A stretch of DNA of 34,835 nucleotides from an uncultured Dehalococcoidia bacterium (GCA_964451445.1 CAYVIG010000002.1:1-34835), one strand, 5' to 3'. Shown: positions 7,854 through 17,864, numbered from the stretch's first letter. Notes: a model not told the origin generated them from the letters alone. Numbers and translations: made by a program.

Positions 7854-10160
7854 ATGAAACTAACCCGGCGAAATTTTCTAGCTTGGGCCGGCCTGGGAGC
7901 GGTGGGAGCCGTTGCCTGTGAGGGCTTCGGCATCCGACACGGAGAACTGAATATTCAGAGCCCCGTCCAGTTGCCCGAGGACCTAGTCCGAGGAAACGAT
8001 AACTGGTACGCCAGCCTCTGTCGAACCTGTCCCTCTTGCGAGGGTATCGTCATTCGGGTCATGGAAGGCCGCGCCAAGATGATTCAAGGCAACCCCTTCT
8101 ATCCGACCAACCAAGGCAAGATTCACGCCCGTTGCGAATCAGGCCTCCAAGCCCTTTACCACCCGGACCGGATCGCCTCTCCCATGAGACGGAGCGGCCC
8201 CCGCATCTCAGCAGCGTTCACCCCGATCACCTGGCAACCCAACGGTATGGACGTACTGCGCACCGCCCTGCAAGAACGCGGTCGTTCCTCAGTAATGATC
8301 ACCGAGCCGCTAAGAGGCCACATGGCCCTCTTGGCCGACAAGTTCAGCTCTGCCATTGGCGGAGAGCACCTGGGCTTTGAGTCAATCGACAACAACACCT
8401 ACCGGGCAGCGGTCAAGAATGTCTTCGGACAGGACACCATGCCCGACTTTGACCTGGAACACAGCAGTTTCATACTTTCCTTTGGCGCGGACTTCCTCTC
8501 AACATGGGTCTCGCCCACCCGCTTCAACCGCGGGTACGGCGAGTTCCGGCAGGGCGAACACCGCGACCGTGGCATGTTCTATCAGGTAGATTCACGGTTC
8601 TCCATGACCGCGGCCAACTCGGACAAGTGGGTTCCAATAAAGCCCGGTTGGGAAGGTTATCTGGCCTTGAGTTTGGCTCAAGTGATCATCGCTGAGCGGC
8701 TCCAAGCCCCGGGCGTTGATGTGGCTTCACTGACCGGCGGTGATAACTTGGATTCCTTCCGGCCAGAAGCGGTTTTCGAAAAAGCCGGATTAACCTCAGA
8801 CATCGTCGGCGGTAACCCTGCCGAATTCATCAAGGACTTGGCCCGCAAATTCGCTGCCAGCCGACCCAGCATCGCGATTGGCGGCGGTTCAGCCGGAGCT
8901 TCAAGCAACGGACTCTTTAACCTGGAGGCGATCTACGCCCTCAACTACCTCGTTGGCAGTGTGGGCGAAGAAGGCGGAATCAAACTCAATCCTGGTAGCC
9001 CTTGGTCAAATGTACCGTCGACCTCCAATGTGGGCAGCCTAGAGGATTGGACCCGCGTCACCGAGCAGATTCGTAGCGGACAGACAAAACTGTTGCTGCT
9101 CCACGGAGTTGACCCGGTCCATGGTCTGCCAGATTCTGTTGACCTCAGAAATGCCATCACCCAGGCAGAAGACCTGATGGTTGTCAGCTTCTCGCCTTTC
9201 TTGGACGATACCAGCGCACTAGCCGACCTGATCCTCCCAGACCGCGTGTCTCTGGAGGACTGGGGCGACGATATATCAGAACCGGGACCTGGCTATCAGA
9301 TGGTTGGGCTCCAACAGCCAGTGGTTAATCCGCTGGGTGAAGTATCACCATTGAGTTTCCCCGACCTCCTCTTGATCATGGCCCAGGAACTGGGTAAAGA
9401 GTCCCAGCTGCCCTGGTCCAATTTCAAAAGCATGCTCAGGGAAGGCTCAGACGCCCTATTTGACCTGAACCGTGGTTCCATTGAAGCCGCAACGGCGGAT
9501 GAGTTCTGGAACAACCTGCTGAAACGCGGCGGCTGGTGGGACGAAAATGCCACCGGACCAAGCTCCGTACAGCCTTCTGCAGGGCTCTTGAAGACTATCG
9601 CAGGCAAGGCTTCAAACCCTGACTTCTCAGGAATCGGCATGGGTGCCGACTCCTATTACCTGGTGCCGTTCGTTCATAACACCTTGCTAGACGGATACAA
9701 CGCCCATCTGCCGTGGCTCCAATCCGCGCCAGACCCGCTGTCCACCGTTACCTGGCAGACTTGGGTGGAACTAAACGACAAGACCGCTGATAAACTGAAT
9801 GTCAAAGAAGGCGATATCCTCCGGATCGAGTCCTCCCAGGATTCCATCAGGGCCGTGGTCTACCCGACACCGGCAGCGCCGCCAGACGTGATCGGCATTC
9901 CCTTTGGCCAGGGCCGACAATACGGCTCCAACTACGCAACCAGCGGCAACGGTAACGAAAGTTCCAACGTGATGGACATCCTGGAGACCACCCAGGTCAA
10001 AGACTCTGGTTCGCTGGCGTGGGCCGGAACCAGAGTCAGGGTTTCCAAGACCGGAGAGAGCATAAGCATCTCCAAGCTCGAAGGCGATGCCAGGGCTGTC
10101 GAGATCGGCCTGTCACCCGCTGAAGACATCATCAAGACCATTACCCCGGATCACTCCTAA
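7854..10160 (+). CDS. actB1: ACIII ActB1: Tat-exported molybdopterin-oxidoreductase-like (MopB/CISM-fold) subunit
   Basis: It has a twin-arginine signal (MKLTRRNFLAWAGLGAVGAV), is 768 aa long and shows MopB-like architecture. It sits between actA and a 4-cluster ferredoxin subunit. Confidence 0.85.
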   Translation: MKLTRRNFLAWAGLGAVGAVACEGFGIRHGELNIQSPVQLPEDLVRGNDNWYASLCRTCPSCEGIVIRVMEGRAKMIQGNPFYPTNQGKIHARCESGLQALYHPDRIASPMRRSGPRISAAFTPITWQPNGMDVLRTALQERGRSSVMITEPLRGHMALLADKFSSAIGGEHLGFESIDNNTYRAAVKNVFGQDTMPDFDLEHSSFILSFGADFLSTWVSPTRFNRGYGEFRQGEHRDRGMFYQVDSRFSMTAANSDKWVPIKPGWEGYLALSLAQVIIAERLQAPGVDVASLTGGDNLDSFRPEAVFEKAGLTSDIVGGNPAEFIKDLARKFAASRPSIAIGGGSAGASSNGLFNLEAIYALNYLVGSVGEEGGIKLNPGSPWSNVPSTSNVGSLEDWTRVTEQIRSGQTKLLLLHGVDPVHGLPDSVDLRNAITQAEDLMVVSFSPFLDDTSALADLILPDRVSLEDWGDDISEPGPGYQMVGLQQPVVNPLGEVSPLSFPDLLLIMAQELGKESQLPWSNFKSMLREGSDALFDLNRGSIEAATADEFWNNLLKRGGWWDENATGPSSVQPSAGLLKTIAGKASNPDFSGIGMGADSYYLVPFVHNTLLDGYNAHLPWLQSAPDPLSTVTWQTWVELNDKTADKLNVKEGDILRIESSQDSIRAVVYPTPAAPPDVIGIPFGQGRQYGSNYATSGNGNESSNVMDILETTQVKDSGSLAWAGTRVRVSKTGESISISKLEGDARAVEIGLSPAEDIIKTITPDHS

Positions 10161-10214
10161 GAGAGTGAGTCGGATTTAACACAAGAACGACCAACCAAGA
10201 AGTGAAGTTAATCG

Positions 10215-11048
10215 ATGGTAACGACGAATAAAATAGGACACAAATGGGGAATGGTAGTGGATCTGGACCGGTGTACCGGCTGCCAGGCCTGTGTCATTGC
10301 TTGCCAAGCAGAGAACAACATTCCCATCAACACCAAGGATTACTTCCAACAACGACGGGCCTACGAATGGATCCGTATTGAACGTTACTGGGAAGGCGAG
10401 TTCCCTAACGTTAAAGCTAAATTCATTCCCATCCTGTGTCAGCACTGCGAAAACGCACCCTGCGAACCGGTCTGTCCGGTGTTCGCCACCTATCACAACG
10501 ATGAGGGCATGAACGTCCAGATTTATAACCGCTGCATCGGCACCCGCTATTGCTCGGTTAACTGCCCATACTCCGCCCGAATGTTCAACTACTGGCAGCC
10601 CAACTGGCCGGAGAGCTTCCGGAATCAGTTGAACCCAGATGTGACCGTTCGGACCCGTGGAATCATGGAAAAGTGCACCTTCTGCGTACAACGCCTCCGC
10701 CGCGGAGAGGTCAACGTGGAACGGCGCGGCATCGAGCCTCTGACCGGAGAGAAGATCGCCGGAGAACGCAAGCTCAATTACAGGCAGATGCAGGAAGGCA
10801 ATTACTTGCCTGCGTGCGTTCAGTCCTGCCCGACCAATGCACTACAATTCGCCGACCAGCACGACGAGACCGGTCCGGTGAAAGAGCACTTCGAAGAAGC
10901 TAACGAGATTGTTGAGAGACGCCATCACGGCGAACACATCAACGAACATGACAGCCGGACTTACCGGTTGTTTGAGGAAGTGGGTGCCACTCCCAACCTC
11001 ATTTACTTGAAGAAAGTTGAACCATTCCCCTTGGAAGAAAAGGCCTAG
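10215..11048 (+). CDS. actB2: ACIII ActB2: 4Fe-4S ferredoxin-type (PsrB/NrfC-like) iron-sulfur subunit
   Basis: The Cys groups are CTGCQACVIAC, CQHCENAPCEPVCP, CIGTRYCSVNCPY, CTFC and CVQSCP. Confidence 0.88.
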   Translation: MVTTNKIGHKWGMVVDLDRCTGCQACVIACQAENNIPINTKDYFQQRRAYEWIRIERYWEGEFPNVKAKFIPILCQHCENAPCEPVCPVFATYHNDEGMNVQIYNRCIGTRYCSVNCPYSARMFNYWQPNWPESFRNQLNPDVTVRTRGIMEKCTFCVQRLRRGEVNVERRGIEPLTGEKIAGERKLNYRQMQEGNYLPACVQSCPTNALQFADQHDETGPVKEHFEEANEIVERRHHGEHINEHDSRTYRLFEEVGATPNLIYLKKVEPFPLEEKA

Positions 11049-11052
11049 ATAG

Positions 11053-12483
11053 ATGGCGGCTGCAGAACCAAAAGGTCACGGCCAACACGCCGGTATGTGG
11101 GTTTACCCAGATGCCAAGGCGATGAGCCAAGACGTCTCTGAAAAATCACGGGTCATGGCAAAGCCATTCACAATGGCTCTAATCGTGACTGGAATCTTGT
11201 TCATCTTGGCTATCGTGGGCTTCATCGCCAGGACGGCTGATGACGGATTCGACGAAATCGGCCCATGGGGCTACTATACAGCCGTCTTCTCCATGATCTT
11301 CATGGTCACCAGCGGCGCGCCATTGGCGGCATGCGCGTTCCGTTTCACCAAGAGCCACTGGCGCAGGCCTCTCTCCAGAGTAGCTGAACTATTCTCGATT
11401 GTGGGTATCTTGAACCTCTTGATGTTCATCCCTATGATGATTTTTCTACCGGATCTGGAGAACCCTGCAGGCGCCGTCGAAGGTCAGATGGAACTGCGTA
11501 GGACTATCTGGTTTGAAGGCCCCATCGGCGCACCCCTCGCCTGGGATTTCGTCGGCGTAGCATTCCTAACTATTACGTCCATGGCCATCCTTTGGACTTC
11601 TGCAGTAGCAGATATGGGCGAAGCCCGCCATACCGCCACTGGATTCAAGGGCTGGCTCTACCGAACACTGGCCGGCGGTTGGTACGGCACCAAGCGACAA
11701 TGGAACGTACAGAAGGCTGGCCTGGCATTGCTCGGCGCTTTCTACTTCATGACCGTTGTCTTCATGCACTTCACCATCAGTTCTGACTACGCTCAGAGCT
11801 TGATTCCCGGTTGGAAAGACTCGATCTTCCCGGTGCTCTACACCGTTACAGCATTCCAGGTGTCCTTGGGCGCCATCCTAGTCACGTTGTTCATACTGCG
11901 CCGTTGGGGCGGCTACGAAGGCTACATCGGCAAGTCGACCTTCTGGTCGGGCAGCAAGGTGCTCCTGGGAATAACCCTGCTCTGGGTCTATCACCTGTTC
12001 GCCTTCTTCATCACGTTCTGGTATGGACGGTTGGAAGTCGAGCAGAACATCATCAAATACCTAATAGTCGATACATACTCGATTATCTTCATATTGAACC
12101 TAGCGTTCAGCTTTGTCCTGCCCTTCGCAGTCCTCGTATGGAACCCGGTACGCCGGAGCGACTGGGGGCCGTCCTTGGCGGGCCTGCTCGCTCTAATCGG
12201 CGGACTCATGTTCAACATCAGGATCTTCGTCGGGTCGGCCAATGCGGCTCCCGGCGAAAACCTTTACCACTTCTTCTTGGAGAAGGTACCGGCGCCGGCT
12301 TACCCCGATATCTGGGACGTATTCATGGTGGTTGGAGGAGTCGGCGCAGCCATCTTCATATACCTGATATCAACCAGGATCCTTCCAGTACTTTCCATCT
12401 GGGAAGTGAAGGAAGGCACTCTGTATCAGAAGTGGGGCAGACTGCACAGGGGAGAATATCAAGTCCTGGGTAAGCCTGAATAA
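11053..12483 (+). CDS. actF: NrfD/PsrC-family integral membrane subunit, divergent paralogue (ActF-like; ActC/ActF assignment uncertain)
   Basis: The 476-aa polytopic protein shares WRRPLSRVAE, KRQWNVQ and the C-terminal PVLSIWEVKEG with the next gene. It lacks that gene's strongly canonical NrfD N-terminal signature. Confidence 0.7.
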   Translation: MAAAEPKGHGQHAGMWVYPDAKAMSQDVSEKSRVMAKPFTMALIVTGILFILAIVGFIARTADDGFDEIGPWGYYTAVFSMIFMVTSGAPLAACAFRFTKSHWRRPLSRVAELFSIVGILNLLMFIPMMIFLPDLENPAGAVEGQMELRRTIWFEGPIGAPLAWDFVGVAFLTITSMAILWTSAVADMGEARHTATGFKGWLYRTLAGGWYGTKRQWNVQKAGLALLGAFYFMTVVFMHFTISSDYAQSLIPGWKDSIFPVLYTVTAFQVSLGAILVTLFILRRWGGYEGYIGKSTFWSGSKVLLGITLLWVYHLFAFFITFWYGRLEVEQNIIKYLIVDTYSIIFILNLAFSFVLPFAVLVWNPVRRSDWGPSLAGLLALIGGLMFNIRIFVGSANAAPGENLYHFFLEKVPAPAYPDIWDVFMVVGGVGAAIFIYLISTRILPVLSIWEVKEGTLYQKWGRLHRGEYQVLGKPE

Positions 12484-12581
12484 GTAGCGCTTAAACTTAG
12501 AGATAATCTAAAGACATCAAAGGGATGCCAAAGCCCGGCGTCCACCGAACATTAGACTGGTAAACCGTCCAACGGAGCATC

Positions 12582-13973
12582 ATGCAGGAAGGCAAACCAC
12601 TACAATCTAAGCAGATAAACAGAGAACTGCTCTTAACGATTCTCAATTCGCCTAAGTGGTTCTTTACGACTGTATCTGTGCTTGGCATCATCGTAATGGT
12701 TGCCATGGGTGCAGCTGGCTACATGATTAACCAGGGCTTCGGGGTTACCGGTCTCAACCGACCAGTAATGTGGGGGTTCTTCATCACCAACTTCGTGTTC
12801 TGGATCGGTATCAGCCACGCCGGAGTTATGCTCTCAGCCATACTCCGTCTATCCAAGGCAGAATGGCGGCGTCCGGCCACCAGGGCCGCCGAGATTCTGA
12901 CGGTCTTCTCGCTGATGACGGCCATGACCATGCCTCTGATTCACACCGGCCGCCCCTGGCGTACCGTGTACTGGATCTACACCCTGCCGTTCGTTCCTTA
13001 TGACTACGCTCGCGGCATCTGGCCAAACGTCCGGACACCTCTGGTGTGGGACCCCAGCGCCGTTTACACCTACCTAACCTCCAGTATCCTGTTCGTCTTG
13101 GTTGCTTTGATACCTGATTTCGCAGTGCTGCGGGATCGCACCACCGGCATGAGCCACCGCATCTACGGGATGCTGGCCATGGGCTGGCAGGGCAATGCCC
13201 GACAGTGGAAGCTACAGATCATTGCCGGTGTCTTGCTTTCAGCCCTGATTCTGCCGGTCTTCGTTTCGGTACACAGTATCGTGTCCTGGGACTTCGGTAT
13301 GGCAGTCTCGGTTAAGTCCTGGCACTCCACCATCTTCGCCCCCTACTTCGTAGTCGGTGCGGTCCATTCCGGAGTGTCTGCGGTTGCCTTCGTACTGATT
13401 CTGCTTCGGTACGTATACGGATGGCAGAACTACATCCGTCACGAACACATCGACGCACTCGCCCGTCTCCTAGTTGTGGTAGCCACTGGTTGGTTCTACT
13501 TCCTGGTAATGGAGATCGTGTTTGGCTTCTACGGCCGGGAGGCTGATGAGATAGCCGTTAGGGACTACCAATTCATGGTCAGTCCATGGAACATCTGGAT
13601 GATGATCTTTGTGGGAGTAACCTACTTCCTACCGGTCGCCATCTGGCTGAGCCGCTCCGCCCGGCGAAACCTTTGGATCATGTCCATAGCATGTATCTCA
13701 GTGAACATAGGTATGTGGCTGGAACGTTTCTTGATCATTGTTCCTGGTTTGGCCCGCAAACAACTATTGACCTTCGACTGGTACACCTACACTCCCAGTT
13801 CAGTGGAGTGGATAATCGTCGGTGGTACCTTCGCCATGGTGACCATGCTCATGCTGGTTATTGCCAGAGTGGTCCCTTTGATCCCACTCTATGACATCAA
13901 AGAGGGCGAGATACTCAGAACAGAGATCAAGGTCGGCCGGGTGACCGTCCCTGCCGTCTTCCGAGAAGACTAG
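12582..13973 (+). CDS. actC: ACIII quinol-interacting NrfD/PsrC-family membrane subunit ActC
   Basis: GLNRPVMWGFFITNFVFWIGISHAGVMLSAILRL is a canonical NrfD/ActC signature. The protein is 463 aa and polytopic. Confidence 0.82.
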   Translation: MQEGKPLQSKQINRELLLTILNSPKWFFTTVSVLGIIVMVAMGAAGYMINQGFGVTGLNRPVMWGFFITNFVFWIGISHAGVMLSAILRLSKAEWRRPATRAAEILTVFSLMTAMTMPLIHTGRPWRTVYWIYTLPFVPYDYARGIWPNVRTPLVWDPSAVYTYLTSSILFVLVALIPDFAVLRDRTTGMSHRIYGMLAMGWQGNARQWKLQIIAGVLLSALILPVFVSVHSIVSWDFGMAVSVKSWHSTIFAPYFVVGAVHSGVSAVAFVLILLRYVYGWQNYIRHEHIDALARLLVVVATGWFYFLVMEIVFGFYGREADEIAVRDYQFMVSPWNIWMMIFVGVTYFLPVAIWLSRSARRNLWIMSIACISVNIGMWLERFLIIVPGLARKQLLTFDWYTYTPSSVEWIIVGGTFAMVTMLMLVIARVVPLIPLYDIKEGEILRTEIKVGRVTVPAVFRED

Positions 13974-14037
13974 AAGACTAAGCGCGGCGAACCCTTACGC
14001 CGATACTAATAAACAGTAGGCATCTCGAGGAAACAGA

Positions 14038-14556
14038 ATGGCTAAAAAACCGATATTAGGGTTGTTTGAAACGGCTGATAATGCCGCCGATGCGGGCGAT
14101 GCCCTGAAGGCTGCTGGCGTTGCACCAACCGATTTCGATTTTCTGACCGACGCCCCTTATCCGGAGGGCGCATTCGGTGAACGAGAGGAAAATCACCGCC
14201 TCTACATCTTCCCATTTGTCGGCGCCTTGATCGGCCTAACGGTGGGAATCATGTTAACTGCTATGACTCAGATGGCCTACCCGTTGGCTCAAGGCGGTAA
14301 GCCGATCTTGTCGATGCCTCCCATGGCTGTGGTGACCTACGAGAGCACAATGCTTACGGCAATCGTCTTCACCATCATCGGAATCATCTTCGAATCCAGG
14401 CTGCCTGCGTTCAAAGAAGGCCTGTATGACACGCGCATCACTGAGGGTTACATCGGCGTCCTGGTAAACGTGGACGAAGGCGAACTGACTTCAACCCAGA
14501 CTTTGCTCACCCAGGCAGGAGCCATCGACGTCGTACGTAAGGACGGAGGATCGTAG
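14038..14556 (+). CDS. actD: ACIII subunit ActD (DUF3341-like)
   Basis: The N-terminal soluble domain reads ILGLFETADNAADAGDALKAAGV...DFLTDAPYPEG and is followed by two TM segments. It sits after actC. Confidence 0.8.
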   Translation: MAKKPILGLFETADNAADAGDALKAAGVAPTDFDFLTDAPYPEGAFGEREENHRLYIFPFVGALIGLTVGIMLTAMTQMAYPLAQGGKPILSMPPMAVVTYESTMLTAIVFTIIGIIFESRLPAFKEGLYDTRITEGYIGVLVNVDEGELTSTQTLLTQAGAIDVVRKDGGS

Positions 14557-14561
14557 GCTTA

Positions 14562-15107
14562 ATGTTTAAGCGGGTCAATTTACATTCGACCCCGTCCAAC
14601 ACCAATCAGGTGACGGCGGGACGGAGCAAGCGCAGATTCAAGGGCTGGTTCTTCGGAATCGCAGTGCTCTTTGGTATTTTGGTCGTTGGCTGTAGCCAGG
14701 GAACATATCCGGTGGATATCTTCTATGAACAGCATTACCAACAGTCCTATAAGTCCCATGAACCACCTCGCCTGAGCGGATCGGCTGATGCCGTCGCATT
14801 CTTCCCACCGCCTGCGTCCACAGTGACCAACACTGGAGCTGACCTGTACCGGGTCAACTGCCAGATGTGCCACGGCGCCGATGCCAAGGGTACCGGTCCT
14901 GTCTTGGGCTTAATCACCCAGACCTATGGTTACTCGCCCATCGTTTCTGCAGACATTACCACCCGGGCGGTCGCGCTGATCGAAGCGCAACTCGGGAGGA
15001 CTTCACGGCCGTTCGGCGAAGCTTCCGTCATGCCGCCATTCGGCAAGCTTCTTAATACCGACGAACGGTCTGCCATCGCCCAATACGTAGGCTCACTCCC
15101 CAAGTAA
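14562..15107 (+). CDS. actE: ACIII monohaem cytochrome c lipoprotein ActE
   Basis: It has a signal peptide with lipobox LVVGC, a single CQMCH haem motif and a distal Met region (SVMPPFG). Confidence 0.8.
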   Translation: MFKRVNLHSTPSNTNQVTAGRSKRRFKGWFFGIAVLFGILVVGCSQGTYPVDIFYEQHYQQSYKSHEPPRLSGSADAVAFFPPPASTVTNTGADLYRVNCQMCHGADAKGTGPVLGLITQTYGYSPIVSADITTRAVALIEAQLGRTSRPFGEASVMPPFGKLLNTDERSAIAQYVGSLPK

Positions 15108-15167
15108 ACGCTCCGAAGGATCTAACCCGGAGGGTATTGGGGCTGCGTTTCCGGTTCCGGTTGATAT

Positions 15168-15836
15168 ATGAGACCTTTTTTCCTATGCCTCAAACCTTCT
15201 ACTTCGCTCCGCCGCATCATCCTGTCGCTATTGCCTCTCATACTGGCCTTCGCCGTGTTTCCTGGGTATTCCATCGGGATTCTTCACGCCCAGACCCCAG
15301 AACCGACCCCTCTGGTATCCATAGAGTCAGACCCACTGGAAGGAACCTATAGCGAGAGCCAAGCCCAGGGCATCGACCGTATGATCATGTGCCCGGTCTG
15401 TCCGGCTGAGACCATCGACCAAGCTCAGGTTGAGATATCATTCCAGATGCGGAAGATAGTCCGTGAGATGTTGTCCCAGGGAAGTAGCCGCGATGAGATA
15501 CTGGATTTCTTCGTAGAACGATACGGCAATGACATCCTGGCAGCGCCACCCAAATCGGGAGCCAGCCTGGTGGCCTGGCTGATGCCCATCGCTGGAGTGG
15601 TCGGTGGACTGATTGCGATGTACTTCATCCTCCGTTCCATGACCAGACGGGGGCTTGCACCAGCCACAACCCAACCAACAGTAGACGTTGGCCTGATCCC
15701 GTATCTCCAACTGGTAGACCGCCACCTGGACATGAGACGAGCCGCTCCCCAAGCCGCTGGCACATCCAATCAAAGGGAGCCCACCGTAGAATCATCCGGT
15801 ACCGGAATCCCATTTGAAACGGAAGAGAGCAGTTAG
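15168..15836 (+). CDS. ccmH: Cytochrome c-type biogenesis protein CcmH/CycL (System I)
   Basis: It has a signal peptide, the MCPVCPAETIDQ redox motif, ...EILDFFVERYGNDILAAPP and a following TM segment. Confidence 0.85.
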   Translation: MRPFFLCLKPSTSLRRIILSLLPLILAFAVFPGYSIGILHAQTPEPTPLVSIESDPLEGTYSESQAQGIDRMIMCPVCPAETIDQAQVEISFQMRKIVREMLSQGSSRDEILDFFVERYGNDILAAPPKSGASLVAWLMPIAGVVGGLIAMYFILRSMTRRGLAPATTQPTVDVGLIPYLQLVDRHLDMRRAAPQAAGTSNQREPTVESSGTGIPFETEESS

Positions 15837-17834
15837 ATGGCTGAACTAGGCGCAATAAGCCTGTGGATCGCAATGGCTCTGTCCGCGTATTCCACCATCG
15901 GTTCAGTGGCCGGGAAGGTGCGCCTTGCGCCAGCCCTGGTCGAAAGCGCCCAAACAGCCGTGTACGTGGCCGCCCTAGCGTTGTTGGTCTCCACCTTCAG
16001 TCTAGTCATCGCCTTCATCAGCCGCGACTTTGAGATTGCCTACGTGGCCGCGCACAGCGATCTCGCCATGCCCAACAAGTTCACCTGGGTGGCCTTCTAC
16101 GCCGGAAACGAGGGCTCGCTACTTTACATAGGCACCGTGCTGGCCATCATGTCGGCCATCGCCGTCCGGTGGTCGCCGGAGAAGTTCAAAGACGCCCTGC
16201 CCTACACCACCGCAGTCCTGATGTTGACTCTTACATTCTTCCTGTCAGTGACTGCTGTCATGGCCAACCCCTTCGAAAAACTTCCATTTGTACCGCTGGA
16301 CGGAGAGGGCATCAACCCGCTGTTAACCCACTATGGCATGTTCTTCCATCCACCAGCGCTGATGGCCGGGCTGATTGGCATAACCGTCCCCTTCGCCTTC
16401 GCCACCGGTTCTCTGCTGGCAGGGAAGACGGGCGACGAATGGGTGGACGCCGGTCGAGTCTGGGGGATCGTTTCCTGGGCGTTATTAGCCGCAGGATTAC
16501 TGCTGGGGTCCTGGTGGGCATACACCATCTTGGGCTGGGGCGGCTTCTGGTTCTGGGACCCCGTAGAAAACGCCGCCTTCATGCCCTGGCTGGGCATCAC
16601 CGCCTTTATCCATTCCATCATGGTCCAGAAGCGCCGTGGCATGTTCCGCATGTGGAACATCGTCTTGGTCAACGTGTCCTTTGGTCTGGCTCTTTACGGC
16701 ATGTTCATGAACCGTGGCGGTTCGGTGCCGTCCGTTCATTCCTTTGGTGCCTCATCCTTGGGTTGGGTCTTCTTGATGTTCCTCGCCATAGGTGTGATCA
16801 TCCCATTCGCAATCTTCATCTGGCGGTATCCGCTGTTGAAGAGCTTCCGGAACCTGGACTCTATGCTCTCCCGGGAAGCAGCATTCCTGGTAAACAACCT
16901 GCTGCTCCTGGCCATCGCATTTGTCACTCTTTGGGGCACGGTCTACCCATTGCTCTCCCGGTTGACCAACGACGAAGAGATCACGGTGGCACGCCCATTC
17001 TACGACCAGGTGAACGGCCCGCTCATGCTGGCGCTAGTCTTCCTGATGGGGGTGGGGCCACTGATACCCTGGCGCAAGGCTGGACTAACCAGCGTCCGCA
17101 GAACACTCTTGCCACCCATAATCGGTGGGTTGATAACAGTGGCGATACTCATAATGCTGGGGCTGCACAAAGAATACGCTCTCATCGGCTTCGGTTTATG
17201 TTCATTCGTGACCACGGGCATTCTGATGGAATGGTACCGGGGCACCCGTTCCAGACGCCGAAGCACCGACGAGAATTACCCCGCAGCGTTCTTACGGTTG
17301 ATTATGGCCAATCGTCCACGCTACGGCGGTTACATCGTGCACCTTTCAGTGGTGATGGTGACTCTGGGCATCGTCGGTACCTCCTTCTTCAGTACCCAGA
17401 AAGACGTGGTGTTGAACCCGGGAGATCGGGTTTCCATCGAGGACTACGAACTGGTCTACTTGGGCAGCATCGAAACTCCCAAAGGCAACCGCACCGAGTT
17501 CATCTCAACTGTCCAGATATTCCGGGACGACGAACTATTGAAAACCGCCCGCGCTAAGAGGGATTTCTATCCCAGTTTCAACATGGCCTCCACCAGCGCC
17601 TCCATCCGGTCAACGCCAGTTGAAGACCTGTACATCGTCCCCAGTGAGAACCTGCCCGATGGCAGCGTGGGGTTCCGTATCCTGGTAAATCCGCTGATCT
17701 GGTGGATGTGGGTTGCCGGTCCGATCATGGTCATCGGCACCGTCATCGCTCTGTGGCCTCAGAGGGTCCGCGCACTCGCTCCGGTGCCAGATTCCGGTCG
17801 GTTAACGCCTGGAACCCGACCCTCGGCCGCTTAA
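15837..17834 (+). CDS. ccmF: Cytochrome c haem lyase subunit CcmF (System I)
   Basis: The 665-aa polytopic protein carries the W-rich haem-handling motif WGGFWFWDPVENAAFMPWL. Its ATG abuts the ccmH TAG stop (TAGATG). Confidence 0.92.
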   Translation: MAELGAISLWIAMALSAYSTIGSVAGKVRLAPALVESAQTAVYVAALALLVSTFSLVIAFISRDFEIAYVAAHSDLAMPNKFTWVAFYAGNEGSLLYIGTVLAIMSAIAVRWSPEKFKDALPYTTAVLMLTLTFFLSVTAVMANPFEKLPFVPLDGEGINPLLTHYGMFFHPPALMAGLIGITVPFAFATGSLLAGKTGDEWVDAGRVWGIVSWALLAAGLLLGSWWAYTILGWGGFWFWDPVENAAFMPWLGITAFIHSIMVQKRRGMFRMWNIVLVNVSFGLALYGMFMNRGGSVPSVHSFGASSLGWVFLMFLAIGVIIPFAIFIWRYPLLKSFRNLDSMLSREAAFLVNNLLLLAIAFVTLWGTVYPLLSRLTNDEEITVARPFYDQVNGPLMLALVFLMGVGPLIPWRKAGLTSVRRTLLPPIIGGLITVAILIMLGLHKEYALIGFGLCSFVTTGILMEWYRGTRSRRRSTDENYPAAFLRLIMANRPRYGGYIVHLSVVMVTLGIVGTSFFSTQKDVVLNPGDRVSIEDYELVYLGSIETPKGNRTEFISTVQIFRDDELLKTARAKRDFYPSFNMASTSASIRSTPVEDLYIVPSENLPDGSVGFRILVNPLIWWMWVAGPIMVIGTVIALWPQRVRALAPVPDSGRLTPGTRPSAA

Positions 17835-17864
17835 CCCGATTGGCTACCCTGGTAAACTGAGTTC

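Noticed and set aside
7854-11048. The cluster could be a polysulfide/tetrathionate/nitrite (Psr/Ttr/Nrf) reductase rather than ACIII.
   Set aside because: A pentahaem ActA-type cytochrome upstream, two NrfD paralogues, a DUF3341-like ActD and a monohaem lipoprotein ActE form the ACIII-specific module set. The residual doubt about ActB1 cofactors is listed as a finding.
16169-17557. A 462-aa alternative-frame ORF lies inside ccmF. Similar long off-frame ORFs occur at 11811..12473, 1697..2197, 3218..3742 and 25522..26013.
   Set aside because: They are Arg/Pro/Gly/His-rich translations with no motifs. Each is fully nested in a gene with strong family signatures, so they are frame artefacts.
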